A program made the translations under genes and the position numbers. Source: an uncultured delta proteobacterium (GTDB lineage Bacteria > Myxococcota > Myxococcia > Myxococcales > Anaeromyxobacteraceae). Taken from it: a stretch of 64,000 bases of DNA. The notes under the pieces are model-generated. The model saw nothing but the letters and a program-made list of their open reading frames with translations. It made no database searches and was not told the origin of the DNA. Shown here in pieces: positions 57,164 through 64,000 of this stretch. The DNA is taken from the NCBI GenBank assembly GCA_963845515.1, contig CAWJSR010000002.1, forward strand, positions 128,001 through 192,000, in the 5' to 3' direction. Every line of letters begins with the position of its first letter. Position 1 is the first letter of the stretch.

Positions 57164-58413
57164 GCGGAGCTCCCCTCCCCGACGAGCGCGGCCGGTACGG
57201 CACGTTCGGCGGACGGTACGTCCCCGAGACGCTGGTCCCCGCGCTGCTGGAGCTGGAGCAGGCGTGGCGCACCGCCCGGGCCGACCCTGCCTTCGACGCC
57301 GAGCTGAACGAGCTGCTCGAGCGGTACGCCGGGCGGGAGACGCCGCTCAGCGAGGCGCGCCGGATGAGCGCAGACGCGGGCGGCTGCCGCGTGCTGCTCA
57401 AGCGCGAGGATCTCTGCCACACCGGCTCGCACAAGCTGAACAACACGCTCGGCCAGATCCTCCTCGCCAGGCGGATGGGGAAGAAGCGGATCATCGCGGA
57501 GACGGGCGCGGGGCAGCACGGCGTCGCCACCGCCACCGCGGCGGCCCTGTTCGGCCTCCCGTGCGAGGTCTACCAGGGGGCCGTCGACGTCGAGCGGCAG
57601 GCGCTCAACGTCTTCCGGATGCAGCTCCTCGGGGCGCGGGTCATCCCGGTGACCTCCGGCTCGGCCACGCTCAAGGACGCGATGAACGAGGCCCTGCGCG
57701 ACTGGGTGACCAACGTCCGCGACACCCACTACATCATCGGCTCCGTCGCGGGTCCGCACCCCTACCCGGCGATGGTCCGCGACTTCCAGTCGGTGATCGG
57801 GCGCGAGGCCCGGCGGCAGGTGCTGGAGGTCGCCGGCCGGCTCCCCGACGCGATCGTCGCGTGCGTCGGCGGCGGCTCGAACGCGATGGGGATCTTCTCC
57901 GCCTTCATCGACGACCCGTCGGTGAAGCTCGTGGCCGTCGAGGCGGCGGGGCACGGGCTGACCTCGGGGAAGCACGGCGCGTCGCTCGCGAAGGGGCGGC
58001 CGGGCGTGCTCCACGGCTCGCGCAGCTTCGTCCTCCAGGACGCCGACGGCCAGATCGCCGAGGCCCACTCGATCAGCGCCGGGCTCGACTACCCGGGCGT
58101 CGGGCCCGAGCTGGCGTACCTCAAGGACAGCGGCCGGCTGACGCTGATGCAGGCGACGGACGTGGAGGCGCTCGACGCCTTCCAGTACTTGTCGCGCACC
58201 GAGGGGATCATCCCGGCGCTCGAGAGCGCGCACGCCGTCTCCGCGGCGCGGAAGGTGGCGAGGCAGCTTGGCCGGGACGGGCTGGTGATCGTCAACGTCT
58301 CCGGAAGAGGCGACAAGGACGTGGAGCAGGTGCGCCGGATGCTCGCCGCCCCGCCGAGGCGCGAGGCGAAGCGGCCGGCTGCGACGAAGAAGCGGAAGGG
58401 GGCGGGGCGGTGA
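57160..58413 (+). CDS. trpB: Tryptophan synthase beta chain
   Basis: [47 protein letters not shown]. Confidence 0.97.
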   Translation: MSGAPLPDERGRYGTFGGRYVPETLVPALLELEQAWRTARADPAFDAELNELLERYAGRETPLSEARRMSADAGGCRVLLKREDLCHTGSHKLNNTLGQILLARRMGKKRIIAETGAGQHGVATATAAALFGLPCEVYQGAVDVERQALNVFRMQLLGARVIPVTSGSATLKDAMNEALRDWVTNVRDTHYIIGSVAGPHPYPAMVRDFQSVIGREARRQVLEVAGRLPDAIVACVGGGSNAMGIFSAFIDDPSVKLVAVEAAGHGLTSGKHGASLAKGRPGVLHGSRSFVLQDADGQIAEAHSISAGLDYPGVGPELAYLKDSGRLTLMQATDVEALDAFQYLSRTEGIIPALESAHAVSAARKVARQLGRDGLVIVNVSGRGDKDVEQVRRMLAAPPRREAKRPAATKKRKGAGR

Positions 58414-59237
58414 GCGCGAAGAAGACGAAGTCACCCGGCGTGGACCGGATCGCGGCCTCCTTCTCACGCTGCTTCGCCGCCAGGGAGGCTGCGCTCGTCA
58501 CCTACGTGATGGCGGGCGACCCCGACGTGGCGACGTCGAAGGCGATGGCGCTGGCGTGCGTGGAGGGCGGCGCCGATCTCATCGAGATCGGAATCCCCTT
58601 CTCCGACCCCATCGCCGACGGCCCGACCATCCAGAAGGCCGCAGAGCGCGCGCTCGCGGCCGGGACGAGGCTCGCCGACGTGCTGGAGGTGGCGGCGGCG
58701 GTGAGGGCCAGGAGCGACGTCCCGATCGCGCTGATGGGCTACCTCAACCCCGTGCACAGCCGCGGCCTCGACCGCTTCGTCGACGACTGCGTCCGCGCCG
58801 GCGTGGACGCGCTCATCATCCCGGACCTCCTCCCCGAGGAGGCGGGCGAGCTGCTGTCGCTCGCGACGCCCCGCGGCCTCAAGGTGGTCTTCCTGGTGGC
58901 GCCGACCTCCGGCCCCGACCGGATCGAGGCGGCGGCGCACGCGGCCACCGGCTTCCTCTACTTCGTCTCGGTGACCGGCGTGACCGGCGCCCGCAAGGCG
59001 CTCCCGACCGAGATCGGCCCGCAGGTGGCCGCGGTCCGGGCCGCGAGCAAGGTCCCGGTCGTCATCGGCTTCGGCGTCTCGACCCCGGAGCAGGCCCGCT
59101 CGCTCGGAGGGCTCGCCGACGGCGTCGTCGTCGGCAGCGCCATCGTGAACCGGATCGCCGAGGGGGGCTCGCGCAAGGCGCGGGCGGACCGCGTTCGGAA
59201 GTTCGTGAAGTCGCTCAAGAAGGCGCTGGGCCGGTAG
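58410..59237 (+). CDS. trpA: Tryptophan synthase alpha chain
   Basis: [36 protein letters not shown]. Confidence 0.95.
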   Translation: MSAKKTKSPGVDRIAASFSRCFAAREAALVTYVMAGDPDVATSKAMALACVEGGADLIEIGIPFSDPIADGPTIQKAAERALAAGTRLADVLEVAAAVRARSDVPIALMGYLNPVHSRGLDRFVDDCVRAGVDALIIPDLLPEEAGELLSLATPRGLKVVFLVAPTSGPDRIEAAAHAATGFLYFVSVTGVTGARKALPTEIGPQVAAVRAASKVPVVIGFGVSTPEQARSLGGLADGVVVGSAIVNRIAEGGSRKARADRVRKFVKSLKKALGR

Positions 59238-59243
59238 CTCCCG

Positions 59244-59873
59244 ATGAACGCGCTCATGGTGGTCCTCGATCTGCTGGGGACGTTCGTCTTCGCGCTCAGC
59301 GGCGCCACCGCCGGGGTGAAGCACAGGCTGGATCTCTTCGGCGTCCTCGTCCTCTCCTTCGCGGCCGGGAACTCCGGCGGGATCGCGCGCGACGTCCTGA
59401 TCGGCGCCGTCCCTCCGGCCGGCCTCGCCGACTGGCGCTACCTCGCGGTCTGCGCGGCCGCCGGCCTCGTCACGTTCTACTGGCACCCGATCGTGGACAG
59501 GATGCGCAGCCCCGTGCTGGTCTTCGACGCCGCAGGGCTCGCCCTCTTCGCCGTCGCCGGGACGCACAAGGCGCTCTCCTTCGGCCTGGGCCCCGTCCCG
59601 GCGGTCCTCCTGGGCGTGCTCACGGGGACCGGCGGCGGGATGGTGCGGGACGTGCTGGTCTCGGAGGTCCCGGCCGTGCTGCGCGCCGAGATCTACGCGG
59701 TCGCCGCGCTGGCCGGCGGCGCGGTCGTGGTGCTCGGCGCCGCGCTCGGGCTGCCGTCGCCGGTGGCGATGGGGGCCGGCGCGGCCCTCTGCTTCGGGCT
59801 GCGCTACATGGCCATCCGGCACGGCTGGCAGCTGCCGGTCGCGCAGGCCACGCGCCGCGCTGCGCCGCCCTAG
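59244..59873 (+). CDS. Trimeric intracellular cation channel family (UPF0126) membrane protein
   Basis: Repeated GGGxxRDVL motifs; DAAGLALF. Confidence 0.85.
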   Translation: MNALMVVLDLLGTFVFALSGATAGVKHRLDLFGVLVLSFAAGNSGGIARDVLIGAVPPAGLADWRYLAVCAAAGLVTFYWHPIVDRMRSPVLVFDAAGLALFAVAGTHKALSFGLGPVPAVLLGVLTGTGGGMVRDVLVSEVPAVLRAEIYAVAALAGGAVVVLGAALGLPSPVAMGAGAALCFGLRYMAIRHGWQLPVAQATRRAAPP

Positions 59874-59904
59874 GTTGCCGTGATCGGCGACGCGGAGGGC
59901 GCGG

Positions 59905-61587
<1,683 letters not shown>

Positions 61588-61601
61588 GACGGACCTCCCG
61601 C

Positions 61602-62747
61602 CTAGCGCGTCCCCAGGATCTCCCGCGCGATGATCATCCGCTGGACCTCGCTCGTCCCCTCGCCGATCTCGGTCAGCTTCGCGTCCCGGAACTGCCGCTC
61701 GACCGGGAACTCGTTGGTGTAGCCGTAGCCGCCGTGGATCTGCACGGCGTGGGTGGTCACCCACATCGCCGTCTCGCTCGCGAAGAGCTTCGCCATCGAG
61801 GCCTCCTTGCGGAACGGCCTCCCGTCCTCGGCGAGCCGCGCGGCGCGGTGGACGAGGAGCCTGGACGCGGCGGTGCGGGTGGCCATGTCCGCGAGCTGGA
61901 AGGCGATCGCCTGGTGCTCGGCGATCGGCTTTCCGAAGGCCGTCCGCTGGAGCGCGTAGCTCCGCGACGCGTCGAGCGCCCCCTGCGAGAGGCCGACTGC
62001 GAGCGCGCCGATGGAGATCCGCCCGCGGTCCAGGATCTCGAGAGTGTCGGTGAAGCCGTGGCCGACCTCTCCGAGCCTGTTCTCGTCGGGGACCTGCACG
62101 CCCTCCATCACCAGCTCGGCCGTGTCGGAGGAGCGCATGCCGAGCTTCCCGTGCATCGGGTGCTGGGAGAAGCCCGGCATCCCCCGCTCCAGGACGAAGG
62201 CCGTGATGCCGGCCTGCTTGTGCGTCCGGTCGTCGCGCGCGAGCACCACGAAGACGTCGCCGGCCGTTCCCTGCGTGATGAAGATCTTCTCACCGTCGAG
62301 CGCCCAGCCGTCGCCGCGACGGACCGCGGTGGTGGCCAGCGCGGCAGCGTCGGAGCCCGACCCCGGCTCGGTGAGCGCCCAGGCCCCCAGCTTCTCCCCG
62401 GTTGCGAGCGCCGGAAGCCAGCGCCTGCGCTGCGCCTCGGTCCCGAAGCGGGCGATGTGGCCCACGCCGAGGCCGTTGTGGCTGGCGACGGTGAGCGCGA
62501 GCGAGCCGTCGTGGCGCGCCAGCTCCTCGATCACGACGGCGATCCCGAGCGCGCCGACGTCCGAGCCGCCGTACTCCTCCGAAATGGACATGCCGAGGAA
62601 GCCGAGCGCCCCGAGCTTCCGCACGGTCTCCAGCGGGAAGCGCGCCTCGGCATCCCAGCGGGCTGCGTGCGGCTTCACCTCCGCCTCGCAGAAGGCGCGG
62701 ACGGTGTGCTGCATCTCGAGGATCTCTTCAGGGAGGTCGAAAAGCAT
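61602..62747 (-). CDS. Acyl-CoA dehydrogenase
   Basis: [37 protein letters not shown]. Confidence 0.92.
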   Translation of the reverse strand: MLFDLPEEILEMQHTVRAFCEAEVKPHAARWDAEARFPLETVRKLGALGFLGMSISEEYGGSDVGALGIAVVIEELARHDGSLALTVASHNGLGVGHIARFGTEAQRRRWLPALATGEKLGAWALTEPGSGSDAAALATTAVRRGDGWALDGEKIFITQGTAGDVFVVLARDDRTHKQAGITAFVLERGMPGFSQHPMHGKLGMRSSDTAELVMEGVQVPDENRLGEVGHGFTDTLEILDRGRISIGALAVGLSQGALDASRSYALQRTAFGKPIAEHQAIAFQLADMATRTAASRLLVHRAARLAEDGRPFRKEASMAKLFASETAMWVTTHAVQIHGGYGYTNEFPVERQFRDAKLTEIGEGTSEVQRMIIAREILGTR

Positions 62748-62815
62748 GCAGGACCCCGTTTGCGCTGACGGCAGCAACAGCCCCACGAGGCTAGGATGTC
62801 CGTGGAGGGCCCGCG

Positions 62816-63512
62816 ATGCAAAAGCTCCAGCCGTCCGCAGCAGCCGCGGTCGCCGACGTCCCTGATGGGGCCACCCTGGTCGTGGGGGGGTTCGGCCTCT
62901 GCGGCAACCCCGAGCACCTCATCGCGGCGCTGCATGAGAAGGGGGTCAAGGGGCTCACCATCATCTCCAACAACTGCGGCACGACCGACCTCGGGCTCGG
63001 CGTGCTCCTGAAGGCGCGCCAGGTGCGGAAGATGGTCGCGTCCTATGTCGGAGAGAACCACGAGTTCGAGCGGCAGTACCTCTCGGGTGAGCTGGAGGTG
63101 GAGCTGGTCCCCCAGGGGACGCTGGCCGAGCGCTGCCGCGCCGCCGCCGCGGGGATCGGCGGATTCTACACGCCCACCGGCGTCGGCACCCAGGTGGCCG
63201 AGGGGAAGGAGCGCGCGCGTCATCGACGGGCGCGAGCACCTGCTCGAGCTCCCCGATCCGGGCCGACTTCGCGCTGGTCAAGGCCTGGAAGGCCGACCCC
63301 TGGGGCAACCTCGTCTTCCGCAAGACGGCGCGAAACTTCAACCAGCCCATGGCCGGCGCCGCCCGGGTGACGATCGCCGAGGTCGAGGAGCTCGTCCCGC
63401 TCGGCGCGCTCGACCCCGACCAGATCCACGTCCCGTCGATCTACGTCCAGCGGCTCGTCCTCGGGACGGCGTACCGAAGCCGATCGAGCGGCGCACCATC
63501 CGGGCGAGGTGA
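62816..63512 (+). CDS. CoA-transferase subunit A (ScoA/AtoD-like; frameshifts)
   Basis: [29 protein letters not shown]-term in shifted frames. Confidence 0.88.
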
Positions 63513-63514
63513 CC

Positions 63515-64000
63515 ATGCGCTCTAACTCGCGACCAGATCGCCCGCCGCGTCGCGCTGGAGCTTCGCGATGGCTACTACGTCAACCTCGGTATCGGCATGC
63601 CGACCCTGGTCTCCAACTTCGTCCCACCGGGCATCGAGGTGGTGCTCCAGTCGGAGAACGGGATGCTCGGCGTGGGCCCCTACCCCACCGAGGCCGAGGT
63701 CGACCCGGATCTCATCAACGCCGGCAAGGAGACGGTGACCGAGCTCCCGGGCACCGCCTACTTCGGCTCGGAGCAGTCCTTCGCGATGATCCGCGGCGGC
63801 CACGTGGACCTCGCGATCCTGGGCGCGCTGGAGGTCTCCGAGCGGGGCGACCTCGCCAATTGGCTGGTCCCCGGCAAGATGGTGAAGGGGATGGGGGGCG
63901 GGATGGACCTCGTCGCCGGGGCGAAGCGCGTGGTCGTGATGATGGAGCACGCGAGCAGGGACGGCCGCCCAAAGCTCGTTCGCGCGTGCTCGCTCCCCCT
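63515..64000 (+). CDS. CoA-transferase subunit B (3' partial; indel just after start)
   Basis: [10 protein letters not shown]...[27 protein letters not shown]. Confidence 0.88.
   Translation, partial: MRSNSRPDRPPRRAGASRWLLRQPRYRHADPGLQLRPTGHRGGAPVGERDARRGPLPHRGRGRPGSHQRRQGDGDRAPGHRLLRLGAVLRDDPRRPRGPRDPGRAGGLRAGRPRQLAGPRQDGEGDGGRDGPRRRGEARGRDDGAREQGRPPKARSRVLAPP

Overview
Very GC-rich bacterial chromosome segment. Gene content (MshEN/DUF4388 proteins, Cys-rich lipoprotein, triple DsbA, trp operon layout) suggests an Anaeromyxobacter-like myxobacterium; this is an inference. Positions 1-~14.4 kb form an anti-phage defence island: an Abi_C-type gene, a DUF559/Vsr-like nuclease, a Gabija-like OLD nuclease + UvrD pair, a hypothetical gene, an ASCH gene, a GIY-YIG-like gene and a type I R-M locus (hsdR-hsdS-hsdM). 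At the island edge is a tightly coupled three-gene unit of ClpP-fold (SDH) serine protease, ~70-aa protein and PIN nuclease, which is my best candidate for an undescribed system. The rest is mostly backbone: ABC-F, PhoB/PhoR-like pair, RlmL-like methylase, FadL, porin, POT transporter, ExbBD, MaoC pair, ppdK, tRNA thiolase + TusA, panD-trpEGDCFBA, an isobutyryl-CoA-mutase-type gene, an acyl-CoA dehydrogenase and a CoA transferase. A small HipBA + lipoprotein insertion lies at 46.3-49.2 kb, next to a large atypical class III cyclase-like gene. Many genes carry single-base frameshifts, including conserved housekeeping genes and very densely hsdR/S/M. These are most likely long-read consensus errors, so several gene boundaries below are reconstructed across frames. 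No rRNA, tRNA, CRISPR array, integrase or transposase was recognised.
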